Assembly (NCBI GenBank): GCA_946965045.2 | Contig: OX337232.1 | Span: 2,418,001 to 2,482,000, forward strand | Reading direction: 5' to 3' | DNA from: Epithemia pelagica | Taxonomy: Eukaryota; Protista; Bacillariophyta | Length of the DNA: 64,000 nucleotides | Shown: piece by piece, positions 24,489-35,658 of the stretch | Numbering within the stretch: position 1 is the first letter of the stretch | Layout of the letters: every line of letters starts with the position of its first letter | Notes under the pieces: generated by a model | Seen by the model: only the letters and a program-made list of their open reading frames with translations | Database searches by the model: none | Told to the model about the DNA's origin: nothing | Translations under genes and position numbers: made by a program

Positions 24489-26485
24489 GGCCAGTGATGA
24501 TAATGATGATGAGGAGGAGGATATTTGGTGCTCTGCGTTTATTGACGGGGTTCCACAAAGCCCCCAATCTCGCGTTCTCACTGCTACTAACAGATTCCTA
24601 CCTAGTGGTTGGCACCCCCACGCAATACAACAGTCATTCAACGAAAAGGGGAGAGAGTCACTGTTGTGAAACAAGAAGTGTGCTGTGCCTTTTTGCCTGA
24701 CGTTGTGCACTTTCTTCGCACACACCGGACCAAGAGAGAGAAGTGGCAAGGAGAGACCAGGCAATCGATAAAATAACAAATAACCAGGTTCCCCAGATGG
24801 CCGACGACACCCGTGTGTAATAACGACGAGCGGTGAGAGAAGGATGACCACACAGCGTCCAAGAAAAAACTGGACTTTTCGGTTTTTCGGCGGGAAAGCT
24901 TGATGCGGACAGATTTATGGTTCCATCGGGGGGAGGTTGGGGAGGGCTGAAGTCTGGGCTATTTCTTGGGCAATACCTTTTGGTGGGGTTCTTGTCACGA
25001 CAATTTTATTGTTACGAGTACACCTACTCTACTCGTACCTCGTACACTTGATTGTTCGGAAAACTGTCATTCTCCGGACACACCATTGCAAGAAGGTACA
25101 GAAGATGACTTGGTATAAGACCAAGATGGCGGGTAGGGAAAGTCCCTCAGCACGCCTGAATACGGATACGAATAGGACCTATCACTACCAGCTGGTAGGG
25201 CACTTCCCTACAAAAGTCATACCAATTATAATTATGAATGAGAACTCGGAACCAACCAGGACGAATTTCAATTTCCAATATTTTCCAATTCCCACTTTCC
25301 TCTTTCTGTGAAGCGGGAAATGACGCACCGTTGTTTCAACACCCTCTCTCTCAACTTTGGCACAGGAATTGTGAAACCGAGTGTGATGGGGGCGATGGAG
25401 CATGGAGATGTGCATGTATATGACGGCAGTGAGATTCGCGGTTGTACTCGTACACTTGCTCGTACGTTCTGGAACCGCCAGCAACACAGTTGCCGAGTAG
25501 AGAGAGACCAAGCTGTGGAATGTGGAATCGTCTGGAATAGGAGACAAGCAGTGACTTGAGGCAGCTTTGGAGAAGATATCCCAAAACTTCTTTCTGGGGC
25601 TTGCTATGGCTAGTGTTATTCCTTTTGAATCTCTGCCATAACTTTAGCTTGAGGCCTCCCATTCGTATTGCTGTGGGATCCAAATTCGCCAAGCCAACAT
25701 CCACTTTTGTCCATCATCCTTTGGCTCTTTTTCGTGGATGCCAGTGCGCATAATCACCATCCATCATCTTGGAAAGAAGAAGTTTGCATAGTGCTCTTGG
25801 GTGCCGGGCATCGGAGCATGCTCAAGTGAAAGACTCCCAAGATCCAAGATTTTGAAAATGACTGTGACCATGACAGGGTCATTTGTGTTTAGTGTGTCCA
25901 GGCATTCCGGTCGGGTTTCTTGCACTGCACCAACAACACAAAACCAACAAGAGAAACAGGATAGAGCTCTATTCCATCATCTTGAGCGAAAACGAAACGC
26001 GAATGAATCGAAACGCGAATGAATCTACGGTAGAACGGTGCAGCCCTCTCATCCACAACCACACGTCTTGCAATTTATGGACTTTGCAAGATCCACTCAA
26101 CAGTCAGTCCTCGCCCTATACTTTGCTGTCTCCTTGTCCCTGAGCTACATGTTCAGAGGAATGCTGACAAAATCAATTCATGACCGAGATCCATGAATAA
26201 GCAGATAGGAGCAGCAGGATCCTACACGAAAGCACTTCTAGAGGAGTAGGAGTACAAGCTGAGTTTAGAGTTTACATCAACGACGTAGGCCCCTGTAGAA
26301 TTTGTACCAGAGGAGTCATCCTCGATAGCGTTTCGCGTTTCTAATGTCCGACACGCGACGTCCTAGTGGTTGCAAGAAATATTTTATTACCTTTAGTGTT
26401 ATGTAAGATTTCTTCCGAACGCTAGATTTTCATCAAAAATTAGTCGACTGTGTTGACCATGGTGGAGGGTCGGTGGAGGGCCGTC

Positions 26486-26574
26486 CCAACCGCGTACCTT
26501 GTTGCCGAGCTGTATCAAGGTGCCTAAGGGTGTTATTAGGCCATCACCAATGGGGCAACAAGGTATGCGGTTGG
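26486..26574 (+). repeat. 21-bp inverted repeat (hairpin) with a structured 47-nt loop
   Basis: CCAACCGCGTACCTTGTTGCC (26486-26506) pairs with GGCAACAAGGTATGCGGTTGG (26554-26574); the single mismatch is a G-U wobble on the + strand. Confidence 0.75.
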
Positions 26575-27369
26575 CATCATCCCCAATGAAGTGATCATCG
26601 GATGCACCCCACGCACGATAGTCTCGTGCAAAACGAAGTTTTTCTGGGGGAACGCGAGATTGTCGAGTTTAGGAAGCACTTTTCACATGAGAGGCATAAT
26701 CATAAGGGCTATAGTAATTAGATGGCTGGCGTGATATGCGTAGATTTCCTACTTAGCGCTACGTCGTTGACATTCGGCTTGAACTCAGCTTGTAGTTGTA
26801 GAAGTGCCACTACCTAGTTCTAGATGAGCTACCAATACAAAAATCCCAAAGCGACTCAGATGCGAACGATTAGGAAAGTTCTTATAGTGTGCCAAACGAG
26901 AAACGTCCTTCATAGGTATATCTGCGAGGAAATCGTTCTACTTGGGATAGAAACGTGTCTTAAGTGACGTTGGACTCGAAAACCGAAACAACACAGCGCA
27001 AAAAGTTCCACACAAGGAGGAGCCGTGTTCATTGCGGTCGTTGTTCCGCAATCTCTGAAATCAACGTGTATCGTCGCTGATATTGCTGGTGCTGGTGGGG
27101 GTCTCGCTCGAGAACCAAATATCCTTGCTGATCTCTTTCTCGAAAAGAGGAAAAGATCTTATTGGGCCGGACTAGTCACGATTGCTCTATCGTGTGATTG
27201 TTCCAGCCTCTCAGGACACGAGTGGTTTGGGGATCGTAGGATCTGCAATTGCTCACAGGCATACATTAAAAAGGGTGGTACGGAAATCTCTGCGTCTTGA
27301 CGTTCCCCAGCACTGTCTGTGGTGGTTGTGTTCTTTAAGAAAGGAAGGAGCAACAACACTCTTGCCGCC

Positions 27370-29703
27370 ATGCCAAGTTCTACCAGCTCTTCGGCGGCAC
27401 GGGCCAAACGAAGGTCTAGCAGCGGAAGTTACAGTCATGGGACATCGACGACACCATCTCCTCGTGGTCCACCCATGGCGTCGTTGGCACTGGAACTAAC
27501 CCGGCAAGAATGGACGAAATTGAGCTTGAATGCCAGCGATAGCATGACGGCGGCAACGGCCGAAATTGAAGTCCTGGTCGAACGTGTCACGGCCCTGCTG
27601 TTGGTACGTATTGTCGCCTGTGTGGCTCCGCCGGGTATGTTTCCGGATTTGTCCACCACCATGATTTGCATGACCAGTATTGGACGAAAACGCACTTCCT
27701 GGCCCTCGCAAATCACCTTGGAGGTCATTCATCAGCTACGTGTCTATGTCACAAGAATACTGGCTGGCTACAAGGATGTTCCCTATCACAATCGAGAACA
27801 CGCCTACCATGTTATATTGTCTGTCAACAAATTATTGGACATGATGACCTGTTGCTACAGCAAATTGGACGAATCCACTGCCGTGCCCAGAAAGTTTCGT
27901 CCACCTCCCAGTTTTGGTTTACGAAATGAGCCTTTGGCCATGTTCGCTCTGGTATTCGCAGCCTTGATTCATGATGTGGAACATCAAGGGATACCCAATC
28001 GGCAACTGGCGTCGGAAAATGACCGATTGGCAGTCTTGTACAATGATCAATCCATTGCCGAGAATTGGTCTCTCTATGTTGCCTTTTCCGAATTGTTGCA
28101 AGATGAATTTGTGGATTTGCGCAAGATTTTGTTTGGAACTGATTTGGAATCACCAGCTCACCGAGAGCGATACCTCAATTTTCGGAAAATGGTGGTGAGT
28201 ATGGTACTGAGTACCGACATTGCCAGTCCGGAACGGACCCAAGTGGGAAAATCCAAATGGAAAGAAGCATTTGGAGATCCTCACGAGACCGTGGAGGCCA
28301 AGCTCCTCATGGCCAATAGCCACAACAACAATAACAACGGCCACAGAATGCGGCGCTTGTCCAATTATTCCGCTCAATCGGCGGCGAGCGGCACGGACAG
28401 CAGTTTGGGCATTGTTGGTCCCAACATGGGAGGTTCCTCGTCGGATCCGACTGGCAATGATGTACACAGTCGTGTGGTATCCAATAGTCTCCAAGGACGC
28501 CATGTTCTTCGCCGCATGACGCAAGAATCGGCAATTTCCGACATGACGCCTGGTCGACGAAGTAGTGAAGAAGGTACGGCAACATCTGGTTACTACTATG
28601 ACCCCGAGGATGAGTTCAACCAAACCATTGGAGCATCGACAACAGCAACCAGCCTGAATCAAAATGGCGAGGATGGTACTCCAGTAGCGTTCAACTCTTT
28701 GGATGAAGTGGACCAAGATAGTATCACACCGGAACACTCACAGCATGGAAATGATGACGATGATGCTCAAAACATTGCTGGCAATGTAGATGAATTGAAA
28801 GGAAACCCAACTGTTGAAGAGAATGAACCCGCTGCTTCGTCGTTAACCACACCAAGCAAACCAATCCAAAATCATCAGGCGCCACTTACTTCGATCTCGG
28901 ACCATAACGCTGCGTCCAACTCCATGTCGCTTTCGGTAGCTTCCGATCACCCGCGCTATTCCGGCTGGAATTCCATGTCGCTGTCCGCAGCTTCCGATCA
29001 TCCGCGTTATTCAGGCTTGGACGATGCTAGCAGAAGTCGATCATCACTGAATCAATTCTTGAGTAAATCACACCATCGGTTTGAAAGTCGTATCAGTCGA
29101 GCATCCGCTGGTGCCAATGCGTCAAAGCAATACCGACAACGGTTGGGTATTCTCAGAACGGTGGATTTGGGTGGAGAAACCTTGCAAACCTATAGTAAAC
29201 ATGACCGGCATTCGACACAAGCTACGGTTGCCTATTCAGTTACCGATGCGGAAGTCGACGAACCGGACGAATTGAAAATGACGGTAGTTATGGAAACAGT
29301 GTTGGCCGCCGCAGATGTTGCTCACAATTTACAATCCTGGTCACACATGTTGAGCTGGTCGAAACGACTCTACCACGAACTTCGTTTGGCGTACGTCACT
29401 GGTCGTGGTGTGGATGTGAGTCCTCAATGGTTTGAAAATCAAATTGGATTCTTGGAATCGTATGTGTTGCCACTGGCGCGACGGTTAGAGGATACGGGAG
29501 TGTATGGCGACGAAAAGATCTTGCCGAGCATTCCTTTTGCACAGCGCGTAGAAGAATTGCGTGATGAATGGATTGCCAAGGGCTATGAGTTTTCTCAGGA
29601 ACTCATTCAAGAAGCAGCTGAACTGTATCCCTTTGGTGCAACGGTTGGTAGCAACAACAGTAGTGGTAGCGGCAGTGTGGGGAGTGGCAACAAAACGAAG
29701 TAA
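27370..29703 (+). CDS. Class I cyclic-nucleotide phosphodiesterase, paralog of the 18738-24488 gene
   Basis: PYHNREHAYHV, ALIHDVEHQGIPNRQL, LSTDIASPE ... AAADVAH...NQIGFLESYVLPLA. Shares the LALxLTxQEWxxL N-terminal motif with its neighbour. Confidence 0.88.
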   Translation: MPSSTSSSAARAKRRSSSGSYSHGTSTTPSPRGPPMASLALELTRQEWTKLSLNASDSMTAATAEIEVLVERVTALLLVRIVACVAPPGMFPDLSTTMICMTSIGRKRTSWPSQITLEVIHQLRVYVTRILAGYKDVPYHNREHAYHVILSVNKLLDMMTCCYSKLDESTAVPRKFRPPPSFGLRNEPLAMFALVFAALIHDVEHQGIPNRQLASENDRLAVLYNDQSIAENWSLYVAFSELLQDEFVDLRKILFGTDLESPAHRERYLNFRKMVVSMVLSTDIASPERTQVGKSKWKEAFGDPHETVEAKLLMANSHNNNNNGHRMRRLSNYSAQSAASGTDSSLGIVGPNMGGSSSDPTGNDVHSRVVSNSLQGRHVLRRMTQESAISDMTPGRRSSEEGTATSGYYYDPEDEFNQTIGASTTATSLNQNGEDGTPVAFNSLDEVDQDSITPEHSQHGNDDDDAQNIAGNVDELKGNPTVEENEPAASSLTTPSKPIQNHQAPLTSISDHNAASNSMSLSVASDHPRYSGWNSMSLSAASDHPRYSGLDDASRSRSSLNQFLSKSHHRFESRISRASAGANASKQYRQRLGILRTVDLGGETLQTYSKHDRHSTQATVAYSVTDAEVDEPDELKMTVVMETVLAAADVAHNLQSWSHMLSWSKRLYHELRLAYVTGRGVDVSPQWFENQIGFLESYVLPLARRLEDTGVYGDEKILPSIPFAQRVEELRDEWIAKGYEFSQELIQEAAELYPFGATVGSNNSSGSGSVGSGNKTK

Positions 29704-30027
29704 ACAAAACTGCATTGGAGTGTTAATTGGGAACAAAGACTAGCCTGATTGGCGAAGGAGGGAAAAGAATCGTTTTATAGTGCGAACCAAGACCTGTGCC
29801 CCTTGGTGAAGTGAAGGAAGGAGTGCAATATTGAGTGTTTCCCCTGCTCCTGGAAAGATGAGAGACTTGAAATAATCGGACTTGTGGAGAACCGTGCTAA
29901 ATGGAAAATAAGAGATGAAGTAAGAGGGCAATGAATACAGAAAACAGAGGATGTTGTGCAATGATAGGAATAGGAATGTATTAACGACATATTCTAGTTA
30001 TAAACAAGACTGATGTGCATATCATGC

Positions 30028-31964
30028 TCAATTGTACTTGGGGAAAACCATGATTGCATAGACAGCCGAAGACACAGCGCAACAACATCCGAGGGTAACA
30101 AACATGTATGGGTAGGCATGGTCCGTGTGATTGGTGATAAAACCGTCTACCTCGGCGACGAACGTACTGACAGTTGTGAGGGATCCAATGAAGCCAACCT
30201 TGATGGCGCGAATCGTTCCGACACCCCAGAAACCGTAGTCCTCTGGTTGAGTCATGATATATTCCATGGCAATAGTAGCAATGCTCATGATAGAGCCAAC
30301 GAGATTGGCTGTAAATGTTCCAATCGGAAACCATGTCCAGTCCCCCCAAGAAAGTGTTCCATTCAACGGAGAGAGTTCCCACCGAATGAGGGCACCCAAA
30401 GGGGCAAACATCATTGCGTACACCATGGTTCGATCGGTAATCGCATAGGTACTTTCGCCTTGTATCCAAAACAACGCTGCAAGGAGCATACCCATGAGAA
30501 ACAAGAAAATCCCACCGGCAAACGAAACGGAAAAGAGAGTTTCGGGCTCCGTCAAAGAAAGGGGGATCAACGAGTGTCGCCGGTCCGAAATAGAAGGCAA
30601 GCGAGCAACGTCACCACCTCGAGATCGAGTCCACTCCCGCAAGGCCGCAGTGTCCCATCCCTGTGCCTGAGCAATAGACTCCGCTTCCAATGGAACGGCC
30701 GTGTTGTCAATCAAAATTGCTCTTTCAATGGTATTAAGAGTGGGTAACATTGGATGATTGACACGTCGTACAGATTCGGTGGATGCTCGCCATTGCGTCA
30801 GATATTCCAAGGAGTAAGAGTCAATCACTTCCCCATAGTCCTTTTCTCCGTTCAGCTTTCCCATGTTCAAATTGGGTAGGAAACGCCGTTCAAAATTGGG
30901 CAAGTCGGGATTCAGAAAGACCCCTTCTTTCTGTCGGTCGTACATCGCATCGGATTCTCGGGCAAAAATCGGATTTACGATCCGATAGATTCGTCTGGCC
31001 AAGGATTTCCCTGCAACGTAGCAGCCCATGGATACCTCCATTCCAATAATATAACCAACTACGAAAAGAAACGATGAAATATTCTGACATGAGAAACACT
31101 CGATACGGCGTCCGAAATGTTCCTTTTTTACAGCACTTACACAAGGCATTAATAACGTGAGTGGACCGGTTGTATCCGGTTCCAAACAAGAGAATCACCA
31201 TGGAAGAATTCCATCCACTAAAGGTGGTGAGCGACCCACAAAAGCCGGTGGTGATGGCCTTGTGCAAGATTGGCATTTTCTGAAAGGGATGATCGGGTCT
31301 GAGCCAGGCCAATTTCGTTGTGGAAACGGCCAATCTTAAGGTGGCGCATGAAGCCAAGATGCCCATTACAAAGGATCCCAACATGTTGGCCGGCAAATCG
31401 GCAAAGATGATACCTCCTTCTTCTGTGGCTTTTCGAGAGCCCGTGACACACAAGGGAGAACCAGAAGCCAACCAGCCTACCGTGCCTGGATTGTTACATT
31501 CTTCTCCAAACAACTGAGCCGTGAGAATTCGAATAAATGACCCAAAAATAGCAAAGATTCCAATGTACAATCCTTGGACAAGCTTGGTTTTTTTCGCTGC
31601 AGAAAGGAAACCGTCTTGGGCTGATGTTTAAGACCAAAAACCAAAGAATGCTGAGAGTGAGTGAATCATCAATTCTTTCGAGAGACCAATCATGTCGCTT
31701 CCGAGCATTTATCGCCGACTCTAGCAAGAACGTACTTTCGGAGCTGGAGCTGTTGCTAAAATTGTATTCCGAAGCCGGTGCCGGTGGTGCATGTCCATAA
31801 CCAACCGCTGGATGGACACGTGTATCGGTCAGTTCCATTTCCTTGGCTCCTGCAGCAGGTGTTGGTTTCCCGTCCTCCGAGGGTTGATGATAATCGAACG
31901 CATGAGCATCCTTGCCGTCGCTCGTTTGTTTGCCGTCGCCGTGGGCTTGATTGTAGTAAGCCAT
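30028..31964 (-). CDS. FEX: FEX-type fluoride exporter (two fused Fluc/CrcB domains); 3 exons
   Basis: Two Fluc signatures: GSFIR...PANMLGSF...GFCGSLTTFS and GALIR...GTFTANLVGS...GFIGSLTTVSTF. Introns 31735-31597 (GTACGT...CAG) and 31140-31059 (GTAAGT...TAG). Confidence 0.9.
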
Positions 31965-32524
31965 GGCAGCTCAACTATCCGAAAAACACCTCGATCCGTG
32001 TAGGGTGGAACTCAACGCCAAGGATGGACGAAGAGTGTGACGTATGGAGTTGGATCAATCAATTGATTGATAAAGGTAAAGAGTATCGGCTTCTTTGGAC
32101 GATGTTCTCAGCGTCATATGAAACGACTTCTAGAGGAGCATATCGGACGCAAGCGCGTCGTAACGGACACGTGCTCCACCTATGGATGGATCTCGAGCAA
32201 CAATAGCAAATACCGAGTACTGCTATGAATCTCCGAAGGCGCAAAGGACGAATGATTGATGGTGGAGACAAAATCTACCAAAAATGTGAGAGGGATAAAT
32301 TCCCTCCGAAAAATACAGTCCGGCGCGGATTCTTACGTATCCAACGGTTAAATTGTCCAAAACCGTTAATCAACGGTCCGAAAGGGGCGTTTATGTCTCA
32401 TAGCCCTATCACTATCATGCCTACTACCTACCTCCTACTCCTCTAGGAGGATCCACAAAACCAAATATAGTTTGATGATTCATGTCTATTATTCTCTCGA
32501 TCCTGGTCTTTCGAAATGGACCGT

Positions 32525-33946
32525 CTATGCTTCGAGGACTCGGACAACAGCCTGTTTGGTTGCCAAACTAAAGGCAAGGTACTCATATTTCCACCCAAAC
32601 CGATTGCAACACTCTCTCCATGCTCGAAATTCATCTTGACGCCATGTCGGATGTCCCATGTATTCATCAAAGACCAGAACCGTCCCGGGCACCAATCTTC
32701 CATGCATCCGTTCCAAAATATCGAGTGTGCTCGAATACAGATCACAGTCCACATTGGCGTAGGCAAGAAACGCATCTTCTCCCGATTGTTCCAAAAATGG
32801 AGTAATGGTATTCCCAAACAAGCCCTTGTGAAAATAAACCTTCCCCTCTATACTAGGAACAATACCACCTGTGGAGTATGAGCCGGCGGGCTCGTTGCCC
32901 CAGGCTTGTGGCAGTCCGGTAAATGTGTCAAATCCATGCACGGCAACGTCCAATGGCAAGAGCTCTTGCGTCATGCGAAGACTGCGTCCGGATCCCACCC
33001 CAAATTCCGTGACCAATCCCCCTTGTTCAATGAGTGGCATGGCCGCTGTCAAGGCAATTTCCAACATGCCACGTGTTCCCAAATACAAATTCAATTCTCG
33101 ATTGGGAACGTTTCGCGTGTGCCACCTCACATAGCCCCAGGAGTCGACCAAACAGGCGTAGATGGATTCTTGTCGTCGTAGCTTTTCAAAGAGTTCCTCA
33201 GCTTCCTGGTCCTGCCCCAATCGTTCCAGAGCAACGGCTAACCGAAAGGTGGTTTCCATGTTACCGGGAGACAGTACGAGAGCGGTACGGTAGGCTTCCA
33301 CGGCTTCCAACAAGGACCGTCCCCCACGCGCGGCCTCGAGACTTTGTCCGATTCCATTGTAGCTTGCCGCCGACGGATGCGGATCGGCCATGGATGCTTC
33401 CTTAAACAACCGCACGGCTGCTTTGGGGTAGCCCAAGGCGTCCCAGCTCAAAAATCCCAGTCGCAGACAGGCGTAGGCTAAAATAATGGAGCACTCTTTT
33501 TCCGGAAGCGATGTCACATGTCCAAACTCCCCCTCTTTGGAACAATCTAAAAAACATTGGTACAAGGTGGCCGCTTCATGAAAGGCCGCACTGGCTCGGC
33601 GTGCCTGCCCGTTCTTTTCCAATTGAATGCCCAGACGAAATGCTCGATCTGCTTGACCCACGAGCGAATTCCAAGCGACATCACCCGATACGAGCTCTGT
33701 CACTTGACTTTGAGCAGATGTCCATAAGCGAGTTGTTGTTGTTGTTGTGGAAGAGGATGCGATCGACCATGCATTTTTTCGTGCGGCTGAATAGGATGGC
33801 CGATCGGGAGATGCTGCGAATCGATGGTACGAGTTACCATTCCGAGCCTTCGCGGCAAATGGCCACGTTCCAGTATGTGGTTGGAACCCTCGTACGGCTT
33901 GTGGAAAGAGAACCAGCACGAATGATGCGAGGATTGCAACAATCAT
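32525..33946 (-). CDS. TPR-containing TylF/MycF-like class I SAM-dependent O-methyltransferase, predicted plastid-targeted
   Basis: Signal peptide ending VRG-F; TPR helices; C-terminal EFGVGSGRS, HGFDTFTGLP, FHKGLF, NVDCDLYSST, GTVLVFDEY. Confidence 0.82.
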   Translation of the reverse strand: MIVAILASFVLVLFPQAVRGFQPHTGTWPFAAKARNGNSYHRFAASPDRPSYSAARKNAWSIASSSTTTTTTRLWTSAQSQVTELVSGDVAWNSLVGQADRAFRLGIQLEKNGQARRASAAFHEAATLYQCFLDCSKEGEFGHVTSLPEKECSIILAYACLRLGFLSWDALGYPKAAVRLFKEASMADPHPSAASYNGIGQSLEAARGGRSLLEAVEAYRTALVLSPGNMETTFRLAVALERLGQDQEAEELFEKLRRQESIYACLVDSWGYVRWHTRNVPNRELNLYLGTRGMLEIALTAAMPLIEQGGLVTEFGVGSGRSLRMTQELLPLDVAVHGFDTFTGLPQAWGNEPAGSYSTGGIVPSIEGKVYFHKGLFGNTITPFLEQSGEDAFLAYANVDCDLYSSTLDILERMHGRLVPGTVLVFDEYMGHPTWRQDEFRAWRECCNRFGWKYEYLAFSLATKQAVVRVLEA

Positions 33947-34081
33947 TCTCTTACGGTTCGCGACGGTCGAGAGTGAGATTTGCGTCTCGTCGTTCTCAGA
34001 CAGATCGGCATTCCAACATCTTTTGTGCGACTGATGATGGATGCGTGACAAAAAAACGTGACGCAGTGTGCTCCTTCAACA

Positions 34082-34858
34082 ATGGGATTTCCCCCGCCAA
34101 AAATTCAACAATGGATGTTCTATATGCCGTATACCTTCATCTGCTTGACATCCCTCGCCCTCATGGGTCAGGTTAAGAGCCAGGCGAACGAGGCATTTGG
34201 TGTGGGGGCCCTCAATTTCATGCTTGTCTCCGGCTACCTCGTCGGTCAGGTCGGGAATCACTACGTCAAGATCATTTCCTTCTACCTGAACATTGTTGGT
34301 CTTTTAGTTCTTATCGCTAGACGTGATATCCGATCAGCCTTACTATTGATTGCGCTCTACTGGATCCCAGCTTGTACGTTTGTGTTTATTTCCCTTCTTC
34401 TTCCTTCGATATCGGAAATTTGCTCTGGAAGTTTATACGTGAGCAACTCGCTGGCAGCGACATCCGTACAATGGCCCGAAAAGTTTGGCATTACTCATAT
34501 TTTAGACCTGACGGGAAAAGGGAACCATAAGAGCAGTGCTTGTATCAAACGTGTCAGGGTCAAAGACTCTCTGGGAAGTCAAGGGAGTCTCGCTTCAGTC
34601 ACGGACGAGTGCATGGCCTTTGTCCAAAATGCCATTCAGGAGAATGGAGTCGTTTTGGTGCACTGCTTCGCGGGACAATCTCGTTCGGCCGCCTTTGTGG
34701 TGTATTATCTCATGGTTGAACAGGGATTGAGCCTTGTGGAAGCGTACAATCTGGTTCAGAGCAAGAGGCCCACTATCGATGTGAGCTCGGACCACATGGG
34801 TCCTCTCCATGAGTTGGACAAACGCCGAAGGGACCCACAACACAAAAAGACTTGCTAA
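34082..34858 (+). CDS. Dual-specificity protein phosphatase with ~4 N-terminal hydrophobic helices
   Basis: VLVHCFAGQSRSAAFVVYYLM (HCX5R) and AYNLVQSKRP; GITHILDLT. First ATG at 34082 (the ORF track starts at GTG 34058). Confidence 0.8.
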   Translation: MGFPPPKIQQWMFYMPYTFICLTSLALMGQVKSQANEAFGVGALNFMLVSGYLVGQVGNHYVKIISFYLNIVGLLVLIARRDIRSALLLIALYWIPACTFVFISLLLPSISEICSGSLYVSNSLAATSVQWPEKFGITHILDLTGKGNHKSSACIKRVRVKDSLGSQGSLASVTDECMAFVQNAIQENGVVLVHCFAGQSRSAAFVVYYLMVEQGLSLVEAYNLVQSKRPTIDVSSDHMGPLHELDKRRRDPQHKKTC

Positions 34859-35658
34859 TGGGGCTGTGTTTTGTTATCGATTGACAGCAGATACGGAGCA
34901 TGGAATCAGGTACATGGCAATATACACATGAAACAAGATGTGTCGGGGGTCGGGGCTGGCATTTGACCAGTTTCCACTATTGGAGCGCCATCCGACAAAA
35001 GACGTCGAGACATGACATACACACACGAGATCAAGACAAAAGGCCTCGTAACGGATATCCATCAATGTTCATTTTCGTCAAAAGGCGTGTCAGCCAGGGC
35101 ATCAACTCTGAGATTACCATATTTGTTCCGAGAGGAAGCCAAATGAGGAGATTGTCTGAATTCCGAAGGTTGAAGGAATAGCAACCCTCATGTGTTATAC
35201 CGCTGGTCAAAGTATGGAATTCGTGGTGATAAAGCAATCACAGACAAAGCTTTCTTGGTAGAGCGAGAGAGCCAAGAGTTCTTGTTTGGAGAGAGTGGAG
35301 GTGCTGTAGCACCACTCTTCTCTTTAAGCGTGTCGATTGAGGAACGAGACTGAAATCGAATTCAAATGTGCTTTGCCATTTGCCATGGTCCATTGTCCAT
35401 TGGATTAATGGTGGACGGACCCCTTTCCCATTTTGGATTTTCCCGAGAAACAGATACGGTATACGCGGGCGGGGCCTATCTTCTTTGTCGCATGGACATG
35501 TCGCATCCACGCTTTCTGCGGCGGCGGGAATGTTGAAATTTTATGGCGACATTTGATTGGTCTCACAAATCAAACGCATCCGACAAACGTCCATCCATGT
35601 GACACAAGGAACCAAAACACCAAAGACAATAGTCGCACCAGCGACAGCGACGAGCACC

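Noticed and set aside
25300-26150. Short ORFs between the PDE genes, one frame resembling a signal peptide
   Set aside because: Frequent stops in all frames and no recognisable domain; at most a decayed fragment.
34082-34420. Voltage-sensor domain on the phosphatase
   Set aside because: No periodic Arg/Lys S4 helix, and the phosphatase is DUSP-like rather than PTEN-like.
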